NCBI GenBank assembly: GCA_013203315.1 | Contig: JABMQJ010000002.1 | Span: 1 to 45,831, forward strand | Source of the DNA: Candidatus Omnitrophota bacterium | GTDB lineage: Bacteria > Omnitrophota > Gorgyraeia > JABMRN01 > RBG-13-46-9 | Reading direction: 5' to 3' | DNA length: 45,831 nucleotides | Shown here: one piece after another, positions 27,098 through 36,264 of the stretch | How positions within the stretch are numbered: the first letter of the stretch is position 1 | Layout: every line of letters begins with the position of its first letter | Position numbers and translations under genes: made by a program | The notes under the pieces: model-generated | The model's input: the letters and a program-made list of their open reading frames with translations, nothing else | What the model was told of the DNA's origin: nothing | The model's database searches: none

Positions 27098-27198
27098 TAA
27101 GGTACTTCGGAAGTAAGAAAGGTCCTTCAACAATGATCAATCCTCCCATAAGTCGGATTGATAACATTGTTTCAGGATCAAAATTGTTTCACAATTTT
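27098..27198 (+). repeat. 101-bp tRNA-leader structured repeat, copy 1
   Basis: 96/101 identical to the reverse complement of 45585-45685; ends flush with G1 of tRNA-Arg(TCT). Confidence 0.92.
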
Positions 27199-27275
27199 GG
27201 GCCCGTAGCTCAGGTGGATAGAGCATCTGCCTTCTAAGCAGAGGGTCGCGTGTTCGAATCACGCCGGGCCTGCCA
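27199..27275 (+). tRNA. tRNA-Arg(TCT), CCA encoded
   Basis: GGGCCCGTAGCTCAGGTGGATAGAGCA-TCTGC-CTTCTAA-GCAGA...GTTCGAATC...CGGGCCTGCCA. Confidence 0.95.
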
Positions 27276-27338
27276 TCTATACAGATTCGGTTGTTGCAGA
27301 AAAAAGTTATGAATTTGTGAAATTGCTCCGCAAAATAT

Positions 27339-27413
27339 GGTGGCTATGGTGTAATGGTAGCACGGAAGATTGTGGTTCTTTTAGTACGAGTTCAAATCTC
27401 GTTAGCCACCCCA
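27339..27413 (+). tRNA. tRNA-His(GTG), G-1 and CCA encoded
   Basis: G-GTGGCTA...GAAGA-TTGTGGT-TCTTT...GTTCAAATC...TAGCCAC-C-CCA. Confidence 0.95.
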
Positions 27414-27416
27414 ATT

Positions 27417-27462
27417 AAAAAAGGATTCGCGAGGCCTGAAAGGCCGAGGCGAATCCTTTTTT
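27417..27462 (+). terminator. Terminator-like hairpin after the tRNA cluster
   Basis: AAAAAAGGATTCGC-GA-GGCCT-GAA-AGGCC-GAG-GCGAATCC-T6. Confidence 0.7.
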
Positions 27463-27465
27463 AAT

Positions 27466-27575
27466 TTCATAGGGGGACAACGTAGTTTTCCCCCTATGAC
27501 GCTCACTCACCTTCGGCTCGTTCGCTGTACCCCATTTCCGCATGGGAAGCCAGCCAAAATAAAGTATTCTTGAAT
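27466..27575 (+). repeat. tRNA-trailer structured repeat, copy 2 (homologous to 194-300)
   Basis: Same ordered conserved blocks as 194-300, with the central hairpin replaced by a different one. Confidence 0.8.
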
Positions 27576-27745
27576 ATCCTCAAAATGATTCGTTAGGGAT
27601 TTGAAATAAACGAGCGCGAGTAAATAGCAAAGAAAAAACCGTAGCGACGCATAGGGTTGTAAGTGAGCGAGGGAAGTCGGGGTTTATCCTAAAGCGAAAC
27701 GAAAGTTAAGCCGACTGTCTGCGAAGGCGAAACAGGTAAATTCCG

Positions 27746-29464
27746 TTATTCATCCGTAGGTCCCCCAACGCCAGTTTCGCCAGCGTTCATGCGGGCCTCT
27801 TCACCAGCATTCCTTGGAACCCTGGGTAAATCCGTCCATCCTTTCGTATTCCACCTCTGGTCTATCCACTCCTCTCTTACCGCTTGAATAGCCTGGAACG
27901 GTGAAAGGGCATCGGATATAGTTGTGCTTACCTTACTAGCAATTGTAAGCGGTATGTAAATAACATCTCCGTCTTCGATTCTTATATTCTTGGATAAGTT
28001 ACCCCTGAATACAATGTCAAATGCATCCACTTGTTTCACAACAGGATGGAGCTTGTCCGGCTTTGTAATCAAAACCCTGCCTAGCGCACGATTGCCACCC
28101 CAGTCTGACATAAATAAAGCATCGCGTAACGTAAAGTTCGCACGGGTTATATTGTATGGCGTACAACTGGTCTCGTCAAGAACGTAAAAAATCTTACTCC
28201 TATACCCTGTTATGCCAACGTACACAACAGGGTCTTTAACGTATCTTTTAAGGGCATTTGTCACACTTGCCTGCACTTCAGATGCTGTCAGGCCTTCTGC
28301 TTTTACCGGCTCGTTTACAAGCGGAAGCATTATCTCGCCGTTTGGTCCTACGCCGGCAGTTCCGCTTATTTCAGGATGGTCCTGGACGCTTATACGAACC
28401 GTATCTCCGGCACCCAGTGTGTAAGAACGCTTCCTTCTTTCTTCTTTCTTTCTATTTGTGATTATCTCTTTGATTTTTATGCTGAGCTCCGCATCATCCA
28501 TGAGCGAGGCTATTTTCACGTCTTTTACGACGTTTTCCATCTGGCGGTCGTCCAGTATTTTACCGGCAATCCTTTTTACTCTAGGACTGAAATCTCCTTT
28601 TTTGTATTCAGCTTTATCCAGAAGGCTCACTGCCGCTTGTGTCATCTTGGGCGTTACGCCTTTAGTTTTAAGTTCGTTTTTGTCTAACAGGTTTTCAACG
28701 CCCTGCACTATTTGAGATGCAACGCCTTTTCTTCTGAATTCATCAATAAGGCGAGCTCCTGATTCTTGCTCTTCTTGGGCTACCTTTATTTCCCAGTCTT
28801 TGATTATACTTTCAACCCGCACTTCTTTCATGTAATATTTTTTCAATTTTCGCATATAGTCTTTAGCGACTGAGTTACCCGGGTCTAGCGATAAGGTTTC
28901 AGAGAATTTCGAAAGCGCGGGCCCAAACTGTTTTTGCCTATAGTAGGCAAGGCCATCAGCTATAAGTTCTTTTATCTTTATCTTTTTTAGAAGCAATGTA
29001 TCTTTTCTTGAGTTCGAACGCCACTTTGCCTTGCTCCGTTTTAGCTCTCTTTTAACTTTACTCAGATATCTTTTTACGTACTCGTCATTAGGTTTTTTCC
29101 ATACTATGTAATCTAAAATTTCTACGGCTTCTTCGAGCCTTCCGGATTTATATAGAACAGTGGCAATTCCGAAATACCTGTATAACTCTCCCTGTTCCGT
29201 AAGGGGTTCGGTGTCCATAGGCCTTATGGAAAGTTCCTCGGCGAAGGGGGTATCGATTGCGGGTTCTTCCAGGATACCTTTGTTCCTAAATTCATACCTA
29301 TATTGGCGCTCCAAAGATGCCTGTTCTCTTGGTTCTAAGCCTTCAGGGGCATAAATTATAGGGTCCTGGCTGACAATAGCAATTTCTTCTGCGCCAAAAG
29401 ACACCTGTGCCCCGCATACAACTAGTGATAATATAAGTAATGTGAATATAAAGTTTTTGCTCAT
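27746..29464 (-). CDS. Polysaccharide export (Wza/Poly_export) protein with N-terminal TPR-like extension
   Basis: Signal peptide; TPR-like helices (GLAYYRQKQFGPALSKF...LDPGN); YTLGAGDTVRISV...GEIMLPLV...AEGLT...YVKDPVV Poly_export domain; IEDGDVIYIP. Confidence 0.8.
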   Translation of the reverse strand: MSKNFIFTLLILSLVVCGAQVSFGAEEIAIVSQDPIIYAPEGLEPREQASLERQYRYEFRNKGILEEPAIDTPFAEELSIRPMDTEPLTEQGELYRYFGIATVLYKSGRLEEAVEILDYIVWKKPNDEYVKRYLSKVKRELKRSKAKWRSNSRKDTLLLKKIKIKELIADGLAYYRQKQFGPALSKFSETLSLDPGNSVAKDYMRKLKKYYMKEVRVESIIKDWEIKVAQEEQESGARLIDEFRRKGVASQIVQGVENLLDKNELKTKGVTPKMTQAAVSLLDKAEYKKGDFSPRVKRIAGKILDDRQMENVVKDVKIASLMDDAELSIKIKEIITNRKKEERRKRSYTLGAGDTVRISVQDHPEISGTAGVGPNGEIMLPLVNEPVKAEGLTASEVQASVTNALKRYVKDPVVYVGITGYRSKIFYVLDETSCTPYNITRANFTLRDALFMSDWGGNRALGRVLITKPDKLHPVVKQVDAFDIVFRGNLSKNIRIEDGDVIYIPLTIASKVSTTISDALSPFQAIQAVREEWIDQRWNTKGWTDLPRVPRNAGEEARMNAGETGVGGPTDE

Positions 29465-29501
29465 GTCTTTTTTTCCATTATATTGCTAATATCTTAGTTA
29501 A

Positions 29502-29530
29502 AATATACCTGATAGTAGCGATTTTGTCAA
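29502..29530 (-). promoter_or_regulatory. Promoter of the export gene
   Basis: TTGACA-17-TATATT. Confidence 0.55.
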
Positions 29531-29708
29531 GTTTTGACGCTATAAAACACTACATAACATATTACAATATCAATTCATAACACGAGATATCATGAAATAA
29601 TATATATGCAAATCATAAATATATATTATTTTTTACTCCGTTAGTGCTTGATGTTATTGAAGTTACGTACTTAAATTATTTGGCAGGTATCAATTTGCGG
29701 GTTTCGCT

Positions 29709-30500
29709 CTATCGTCTTTGTAGCCTATATTTATATTTATAATAGTAGCGATATCGGCCCAAATAAGAATAATAGGCCGGAACAGTAGTGTCTGTCAGGA
29801 TGCAGGCCTTCGGTTTGGCCTGCGCGTGCCTCAACATGGTAAAGCACTCCTCTACCATATTCTTAGGCGTTGTTCCTTCTCTTACCACGAGCAAAACGGC
29901 GTCACATATTGAGCCTAATATGCAGGAGTCAGTTACGTTTATGACAGGTGGTGTATCAAAAACTATGTAGTCAAATTTTGATTTAAGCTTATTAATGACT
30001 TCTTTAAGTTTTGCGGAACTTAAGAATTCGGTGGGACTGGAAATCAATGTCCCCGAAGGTATTACATATAAATTCCCGAGGACAGGTTTTTTTATCAAAT
30101 CTTCAAGAGCAGTTTCTCCGTTTAAAATATCGCTAATACCGGGTTTTCTCGATATACCCAATAACTTGTGAACTGTAGGCCTACGCAAATCAGTGTCAAT
30201 GAGCAGGGTTTTTTTCTCGGTATCCAAAGCAAGGGTATAAGAGAGATTGCAGGATGTAACAGTTTTTCCCTCCTGGCTCTGTGTGCTCGTTATTACGATT
30301 GTTTTAAACGGTGCCTGGGGGGATAGAGAATATAAGTTGGTGCGCAAGACCTTGTACTGCTCGGCAAGATACGAGTGCTTATCAGCATAAGCGACAAGGC
30401 GGGCGTCTTGGCCGCCTTCTGTTCTTGCCTTTTTTACAACATAGATCGGCGGTAAATAATATGAGATTACTTTCTTTAGGATATTCTGTATATTTGGCAT
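29709..30500 (-). CDS. CpsD/CapB-type bacterial tyrosine kinase
   Basis: EQYKVLRTNL, Walker A STQSQEGKT, LIDTDLRRP, FDTPP, and Tyr-rich tail YYSYLGRYRYYYKYKY. Confidence 0.92.
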   Translation of the reverse strand: MPNIQNILKKVISYYLPPIYVVKKARTEGGQDARLVAYADKHSYLAEQYKVLRTNLYSLSPQAPFKTIVITSTQSQEGKTVTSCNLSYTLALDTEKKTLLIDTDLRRPTVHKLLGISRKPGISDILNGETALEDLIKKPVLGNLYVIPSGTLISSPTEFLSSAKLKEVINKLKSKFDYIVFDTPPVINVTDSCILGSICDAVLLVVREGTTPKNMVEECFTMLRHAQAKPKACILTDTTVPAYYSYLGRYRYYYKYKYRLQRR

Positions 30501-30510
30501 AATCTTTTTA

Positions 30511-32142
30511 TTATTTTAAAAATGTAAAAAATAGTTGAAACAGTTTAAGTTTAAGCAAAAACTTGGCTGATAAGGCGAAAATTATTAAGCTGATAATAAT
30601 GATATTTCTCCGAAACATTTTCAGTCTGACCTCTCCGATAGTAGCAATCCGGTCAACTGAACCAAGAATTGGTGCATGTAAAAGTTCTCTCAATTCTGAT
30701 ACCGATTTTATAGAATTATCCATTGATTCGCTTGTATATGCTAGGCCTGTTCCTATAAACAAAGAAATGACAAGACCGAATATTACTTTCGGTGCTTTCT
30801 GAAATGGCATCGGCCCACCCGGCATTTGAGGTTTTTTAACTACAACCAGAGTCAACCCGGCCTCTAATTCTTCTATGCGGGTTTTCAATTCTGTCTCCCC
30901 GATCTGTCTTCTTATCTCCTGGTAATAACCCTGGCTAATCTTTTTTTCCTCGGTTAGCTCCTGAAGCCGCGATGCAAGCTCAGAAATTACGCTTGATTCT
31001 CCAAGGGACTGTGGGGAAGCTTTTTCGTATTTTTTTCGAACCAGTTCTATTTTCTCTTCAAGAGTCGCAATCTTCAGGTCAACTTCTTCAATTTGTGATC
31101 CAAGGAGGTTTTTTGCCTCTTTTTTTGCAGTTTCGGATTCCTGAATGTCCCGTTCTTCGCTTCCTTCGCTTATCGCCGCTATACGTCTTTGCCTCAGGGC
31201 TTTAAGGCTCTGTATATTTCTTTCTATTTTTTTTATCTGCGGGTGTTCTGACATAAACCCTTGCAAAGTAAGATTAACAACTTCAAGCTCTTTGTCGGCT
31301 ATTTGCTTAGAATAGCGCTCAACGTAAGCGTCTTCTTCCGGATTTTTACCCGGTAAGGCGGTCAGATATTTACCGCTTTCCAGGCTATATTTGAGCGCGT
31401 TCTTATTTTTTTGGGCCTCTAACAATTCTAGCTGCAGCTCTGATAGCATTTCATCGTATTTGGCCATTTTCTGTATCGCAGCCTGATCCCTTGCGGCTAA
31501 ATCCCTTTCTCCTGTGATTTCGCTTATTAAGGCTCTCTCGGCATCAGTTAAATCCTTGGACCTTTTTCTCAGATCAACTTTAATATCTGATATACCTTCG
31601 TTTATACCCTTTATCTTATTACCGTAATATTCTTCCTGTTTTTTTAGGAACTTTAACCCGACTTCTATTTTCTCCATCGTTATTTCTTTCATCTCTATGC
31701 GTAACCCGTTAATGGCAGCCAGAACAACCTTAAAACAAAGCTCGGCATCTTCAGATTGGAAAGATATGTCCATAAGACTTTCTTTCGCGTTATATGCCAT
31801 CCGTATGTTTTGTAGTTGCTCGCGTAAAACATGAATTTTATCAGGGTTCTTTTCTTCGCTTACACTCGGCCATACTTCTTTGGTAATTCTATCCAAGCCT
31901 TCGCCCATGCTAAGCTTTCGGATAAACGTTTTTACTGCATATTGATGGCCGGACTGCGCCATTGGCGCGCTTCTTGTTTCAAAAGACACTGTAGCTGAGG
32001 CCACATACTTAGGTGGTATATCCGAAATCTTGGCAAAGACAACACTCATGATAATGATGAATGGGGAAATGAAAAGCCATGGATGGCGGAAAATAAATTC
32101 GATGGATTCGAATATGTTAGTACTTTTTTCTTCTTCTGGCAT
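30511..32142 (-). CDS. Polysaccharide co-polymerase (Wzc N-terminal part/GumC-like)
   Basis: N-terminal TM plus PPKYVASATV, long coiled coil with EHPQI, Pro-rich segment and G-rich TM, DNSIKSVSELRELL..PILG. Confidence 0.85.
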   Translation of the reverse strand: MPEEEKSTNIFESIEFIFRHPWLFISPFIIIMSVVFAKISDIPPKYVASATVSFETRSAPMAQSGHQYAVKTFIRKLSMGEGLDRITKEVWPSVSEEKNPDKIHVLREQLQNIRMAYNAKESLMDISFQSEDAELCFKVVLAAINGLRIEMKEITMEKIEVGLKFLKKQEEYYGNKIKGINEGISDIKVDLRKRSKDLTDAERALISEITGERDLAARDQAAIQKMAKYDEMLSELQLELLEAQKNKNALKYSLESGKYLTALPGKNPEEDAYVERYSKQIADKELEVVNLTLQGFMSEHPQIKKIERNIQSLKALRQRRIAAISEGSEERDIQESETAKKEAKNLLGSQIEEVDLKIATLEEKIELVRKKYEKASPQSLGESSVISELASRLQELTEEKKISQGYYQEIRRQIGETELKTRIEELEAGLTLVVVKKPQMPGGPMPFQKAPKVIFGLVISLFIGTGLAYTSESMDNSIKSVSELRELLHAPILGSVDRIATIGEVRLKMFRRNIIIISLIIFALSAKFLLKLKLFQLFFTFLK

Positions 32143-32294
32143 TGTTTCCTGTATAGATTTAACTATATTTTGGACTTTGCCAAAAGTATATCACATCTAT
32201 TATCATATTGCAATACTCGAGTTAATAGGGTATTATATATGGCATCAGCTTGATATTAAGATATTTAACACATTATTAAAAAAGGGGGCAAAGC

Positions 32295-32669
32295 ATGAAC
32301 GATAAAAATCCTGTAATGCTAATTGTTGACGACGAGGCTGAGGTATTAAAAACGTTTAGAGAAGTATTCGAATTAAGGGGGTGGGACATATTTACCGCAC
32401 CCATGGGAAATATTGCTTTATCCATCATAGAACAAGAAAAAGTAGATATTGTGCTACTTGATATTCGCCTGCCAAGCGAATCGGGAATTGATTTGTTAAA
32501 AGAAATAAAATCCAAAAATCCGGCTCTTCCCGTTATTATGGTAACGGCTTTAGGATACGATGATGATCTTGTTAACGAAGCGCTTCGCCTCGGTGCTTCC
32601 GGATACGTGAGCAAGGGTGTTCCGATAAGAGAGCTAATCGGGGCAGTCCGTAACGCCATAGCAAAATAA
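32295..32669 (+). CDS. Single-domain response regulator (receiver only)
   Basis: LIVDDE, VLLDIRLP, PVIMVTA and GASGYVSK motifs. Confidence 0.9.
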   Translation: MNDKNPVMLIVDDEAEVLKTFREVFELRGWDIFTAPMGNIALSIIEQEKVDIVLLDIRLPSESGIDLLKEIKSKNPALPVIMVTALGYDDDLVNEALRLGASGYVSKGVPIRELIGAVRNAIAK

Positions 32670-32698
32670 GAGCCCGCGTTTTTAACGCAGGCTCTTTT
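32668..32698. terminator. Hairpin terminator between convergent genes
   Basis: AGAGCC-C-GCGTT-TTT-AACGC-A-GGCTCT followed by Ts. Confidence 0.6.
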
Positions 32699-32718
32699 AT
32701 GAAATCTAAAATATTGGC

Positions 32719-32898
32719 TTATTTTTTTAGAAGCTCGAGAAGCTCCAGGTTAATGCCGAGAAGAAGTAAAATCATTGAGATTTTCATTAAACCTATGGGT
32801 CCAATTACGGGCAACGTAATGATACCTAATTTCGTTAATACGCCTACCACAACGGCTATCACTGCCAGTACAATTATTTTTTGCGCTAAAGCTACCCC
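32719..32898 (-). pseudogene. 59-codon two-TM small protein frame whose expected start codon reads GGG
   Basis: AGGAGG (32910-32905) + 6 nt + GGG GTA GCT...; frame (G)VALAQKIIVLAVIAVVVGVLTKLGIITLPVIGPIGLMKISMILLLLGINLELLELLKK*. Confidence 0.55.
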
Positions 32899-32912
32899 GG
32901 TCCGCCTCCTTT

Positions 32913-33863
32913 CTATTCCATAACCAAAATTTCGTCACCCTCTTTTATTCTGCGAATGTCGTATCCGTATTTAGTTTCATCCAAAAAGGCAGCCGACACC
33001 TTGTAGCGGGCGCTAATTATAGTAGCAAACGCCGCTTCTTTTCCGTTTTTTAAAACTATGCACTCCTCGCCTTCCGTTACGTCATCTCTCCGACCTAAAC
33101 TAATAACCATAAGGTTGTAGCGTTTGTCAACGGAAAGTATTTTGCCTCTTTTTCCTGCCACTAAAAAATTCGACTGCGGTATTTCGGTTGTTTTTGTTTT
33201 GCTTAATTCCGCTGCTGTTTTCTGCATCCTAGCCTGCCTCAGATCCTCAGGGCTGGCTTCGGGCTTTTCTTGCGCCTTTTTGTTACTCGCTAAATTTGCG
33301 GATTCCAACGCTACATCTTCTATATTTTCCCCGCTTTTAGCTAATTCCAGATTGCGTAGTGTTTTTTCTAATAATTTTTTTACGTTTTCGTCCTCTTCTT
33401 TCGCAATGTTTTCCTGTATCAGATCCGCAAGCGGTTTTTTTTCCGACTCTCGGGCTTCCGCGGCCAGGGTAATATTTTTCTCTTTTAACGCCTCAATTTC
33501 ACCGGCATGCTGCTTGACCATGGCCTTACTTTTCTCCTCGAGAAGTGCTAACGTCTTTTTTGTCTGGGCAGTTTCCTCATTTGTCGAGATAACTTGTTCC
33601 TCCAAATCCATGTTTTTCTTTATAAATGCTGCTTTGTGATCGTTAAAATCAGATTCCGCCTCTTTCAAGCTACCAACCATAAAAAAAACAAGGATTATGC
33701 AAAAAACAGTTATTGTAGATAGTCCGATGAGGTACAAAGTTTTGTTGTCTGTTATGTGTTTAAATATGTTGAAATTTTGAGATTCCACGGGCTTGGTTGG
33801 CGTCGGAGAAGATACCTCCGGATCGGGGGCATGAGAAGGCTCTTGCGCATTATTTCCTACCAT
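32913..33863 (-). CDS. Hypothetical membrane-anchored coiled-coil protein with C-terminal beta domain
   Basis: Single TM, long coiled coil, GKILSVDKRYNLMVISLG...IKEGDEI C-terminus. Confidence 0.7.
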   Translation of the reverse strand: MVGNNAQEPSHAPDPEVSSPTPTKPVESQNFNIFKHITDNKTLYLIGLSTITVFCIILVFFMVGSLKEAESDFNDHKAAFIKKNMDLEEQVISTNEETAQTKKTLALLEEKSKAMVKQHAGEIEALKEKNITLAAEARESEKKPLADLIQENIAKEEDENVKKLLEKTLRNLELAKSGENIEDVALESANLASNKKAQEKPEASPEDLRQARMQKTAAELSKTKTTEIPQSNFLVAGKRGKILSVDKRYNLMVISLGRRDDVTEGEECIVLKNGKEAAFATIISARYKVSAAFLDETKYGYDIRRIKEGDEILVME

Positions 33864-33937
33864 ACTGAAACAAGTGTAACATATACCCCAACAAAAATCA
33901 AGGCAGGATCGTTTCTGTCTGTGCTCCCGGAATAAAG

Positions 33938-33966
33938 TTGCAATCGCTATTTTTATAGTTTATAAT
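33938..33966 (+). promoter_or_regulatory. Promoter of the AsmA-like gene
   Basis: TTGCAA-17-TATAAT. Confidence 0.6.
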
Positions 33967-33995
33967 AATCACCTACTTATTGGGGGGTATTTATT

Positions 33996-35687
33996 ATGAA
34001 AATGCACAAATTTTCGTTGATATTGATCATAGTTTTTATAGTCATAGCAATGGTTGTATCCTTATATGCCGGTAGGCATTTTTTTCTTAATAAATTAAGA
34101 AATTTTCTGATTGAAAAACTGGAAACATCCGCCCGGCATGGAATAACAGTAGAAAACGTAAGCTTCATGCCTTTAAAAGGAGTGCGCCTTGCGGGCGTTT
34201 CCTTCTACAAGGATAAACTCTACAAAGAGAAAGTGTTTTACGTTTCACACCTTTACATAAAGTTTCCTCTCTGGAAATTTCTTTGGAATAAAGTATTTTC
34301 GCCTACTATAGCGGTAGAAAATCTTAAATTGCAAAATACGCTCGTAAACGGTTACCTTGGTTTTTCCGTAGACTTAGCTAAAAAAAACCGGACGCAGGAT
34401 GAGACCCCCTTTGCGATACAGAATATGTGGTTTCATAATCTTTCGGTAAAAAACGAGTTTCTTCGCATAAGAAATGCAAAGGGTTCTGTTTACGTTAGCC
34501 CCGAATCCATAAAGACAACCGATGTTAGTTTTAATCTGAATAACGAGCCCTGTAAATTGCAGCTTGAAATCGTCGACCCTGCCGGAGAGGCTTCTGTAGC
34601 ACTCACTATAGCTTCCGCAAAAATCAATCTTACGTCAAGCGTAAATAAAGAAGCGGGGGTTTATAAGATTTCAAAAATAGCCGGTGATTTTTTCGATTCA
34701 TCATTTGAATTTATGGGGGAATTTGAATATGAAAAAGCCCCGACCCTTACCCTGTACGGCAAAGTTATTCTTGACGCAGGAGATATTGTTCATTTCGTTC
34801 CCGAGGAAATGCAAAAAACTCTGGTTGCATTAAATCCCGGTGGGATTTTGAGTAATTCGATTTATTTTAAGGGAAATTTGCAAGAGTCAAGTGGGTGGGA
34901 ATTGGGTGTAAAATCAGACGCCGAAACCCTGTGGATAGGAGGCTTGGCCCTCCCGCGCTTCAATGTGGACGCGCGCATAAAAGACGGAAAAGTCACCGTG
35001 CCGCTCCTTAGCGCCTACCCTTATGACGGCGCCCTCGCTTCCGCGTTTGAAATCGACTTAAAAGACGACTATGCCCCATACCGGCTAAGTTGTAAATTGA
35101 GTAAGATTGACATTAGGGCTCTTCTCGAAGATACGAAAATTAAAAGCAAAAGCATAAAAGGTTTTTTGTTCTCTGAATTTGCGGTTGGGGGTAGCGTAAA
35201 AAATATAAATTCCATGGAAGGCTCCGGAAACATCTTTATAAAAAACGCGAACCTCGGCCCCATGCCCCTTTTAACGCCCCTTCTCGGAAATATCTACGGA
35301 TACATGCAGGGTCTTATCCCGGAACTAAAAAAGGTTGAAATAACACAAGGCTCCACTGATTTTTATATAAAAGACGGGCGGGTCCTGACGGATAATCTTG
35401 TTCTGTGGGGCGAAACTGTCAGCATTCACGCGAAGGGTTATATAGATTTTAACGGGAACCTCGATTTTGACGTTGAAAACAAAGTCGCAGAACCCGAGAA
35501 TATCAAAGATCTCGAAGACTGGCAGGCGGGCCTCCAGGAGGCAATAGTGCAATTCGGCAAAATGATGAGTTCTGCCCGCCTCACCGGGACTTTACAAAAA
35601 CCAAAGTGGAAATTTGAATATCTGGGGGGCATACAGAATGTCTTGGGGGGCGGGTTAAATAAAGTTCTTAAAGGTATTTTTGAATAA
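33996..35687 (+). CDS. AsmA-like envelope protein
   Basis: N-terminal TM anchor, repeated beta-strand pattern, C-terminal KGYIDFNGNLDF...LTGTLQKPKW. Confidence 0.7.
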   Translation: MKMHKFSLILIIVFIVIAMVVSLYAGRHFFLNKLRNFLIEKLETSARHGITVENVSFMPLKGVRLAGVSFYKDKLYKEKVFYVSHLYIKFPLWKFLWNKVFSPTIAVENLKLQNTLVNGYLGFSVDLAKKNRTQDETPFAIQNMWFHNLSVKNEFLRIRNAKGSVYVSPESIKTTDVSFNLNNEPCKLQLEIVDPAGEASVALTIASAKINLTSSVNKEAGVYKISKIAGDFFDSSFEFMGEFEYEKAPTLTLYGKVILDAGDIVHFVPEEMQKTLVALNPGGILSNSIYFKGNLQESSGWELGVKSDAETLWIGGLALPRFNVDARIKDGKVTVPLLSAYPYDGALASAFEIDLKDDYAPYRLSCKLSKIDIRALLEDTKIKSKSIKGFLFSEFAVGGSVKNINSMEGSGNIFIKNANLGPMPLLTPLLGNIYGYMQGLIPELKKVEITQGSTDFYIKDGRVLTDNLVLWGETVSIHAKGYIDFNGNLDFDVENKVAEPENIKDLEDWQAGLQEAIVQFGKMMSSARLTGTLQKPKWKFEYLGGIQNVLGGGLNKVLKGIFE

Positions 35688-36264
35688 TGGTCTTGGCTTT
35701 TTTTAGGGCCTCGGCCCGGTGGCTTATTTTGTTTTTGAACGAAGATTTAAATTGCGCAAAAGTACGGTTATATCCACCAGGCGTAAAAAGCGGATCATAA
35801 CCGAATCCATTCATTCCTTCCGGTTGAAGCCCAATAGTTCCCTTGCATTGCCCGAGAGCAGTTCCCAATAAAATCCCGTTTAAAGCGACAGCCGCTACCG
35901 AGATAAACGTTGCCTGCCTTTTTTTTGGAGGAACATTTTTCATGAGCTTTAAAAGCTTTGCATTGTTTTCTTCGTCTTTTGCCCCTACGCGCGAAAACCG
36001 TGATGACCGCACGCCCGGTTTCCCTCCGAGAGCATCCACCATGAGCCCGGAATCATCAGCCAAAACCATTTCTTTTATATAACGCGAATAGGTAAGGGCT
36101 TTTTTTATGGCATTCTGCCTGAAGGTCTTGCCGTCTTCTATAACCGTCGGGAGATAGATTTTTAAATCCGATAGTTGTAATACTTTTACATTGAGGCCGG
36201 TAAGGAGCTTTTTTAGTTCTTCTTTCTTATTCTTATTTGTTGTGGCAATTACTATTTTTTTCAT
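35668..36264 (-). CDS. rdgB: XTP/dITP diphosphatase
   Basis: [38 protein letters not shown] and ISHR motifs. Confidence 0.95.
   Translation of the reverse strand: MKKIVIATTNKNKKEELKKLLTGLNVKVLQLSDLKIYLPTVIEDGKTFRQNAIKKALTYSRYIKEMVLADDSGLMVDALGGKPGVRSSRFSRVGAKDEENNAKLLKLMKNVPPKKRQATFISVAAVALNGILLGTALGQCKGTIGLQPEGMNGFGYDPLFTPGGYNRTFAQFKSSFKNKISHRAEALKKAKTIIQKYL

Noticed and set aside
27098-27198. T-box or CRISPR interpretation of the tRNA-linked repeats
   Set aside because: No GGTGGNACC T-box motif, no regular repeat-spacer array, and no cas genes in the window.
29531-29700. AT-rich spacer with a plus-strand TTGACG
   Set aside because: No convincing -10 at proper spacing and no downstream gene or structure.
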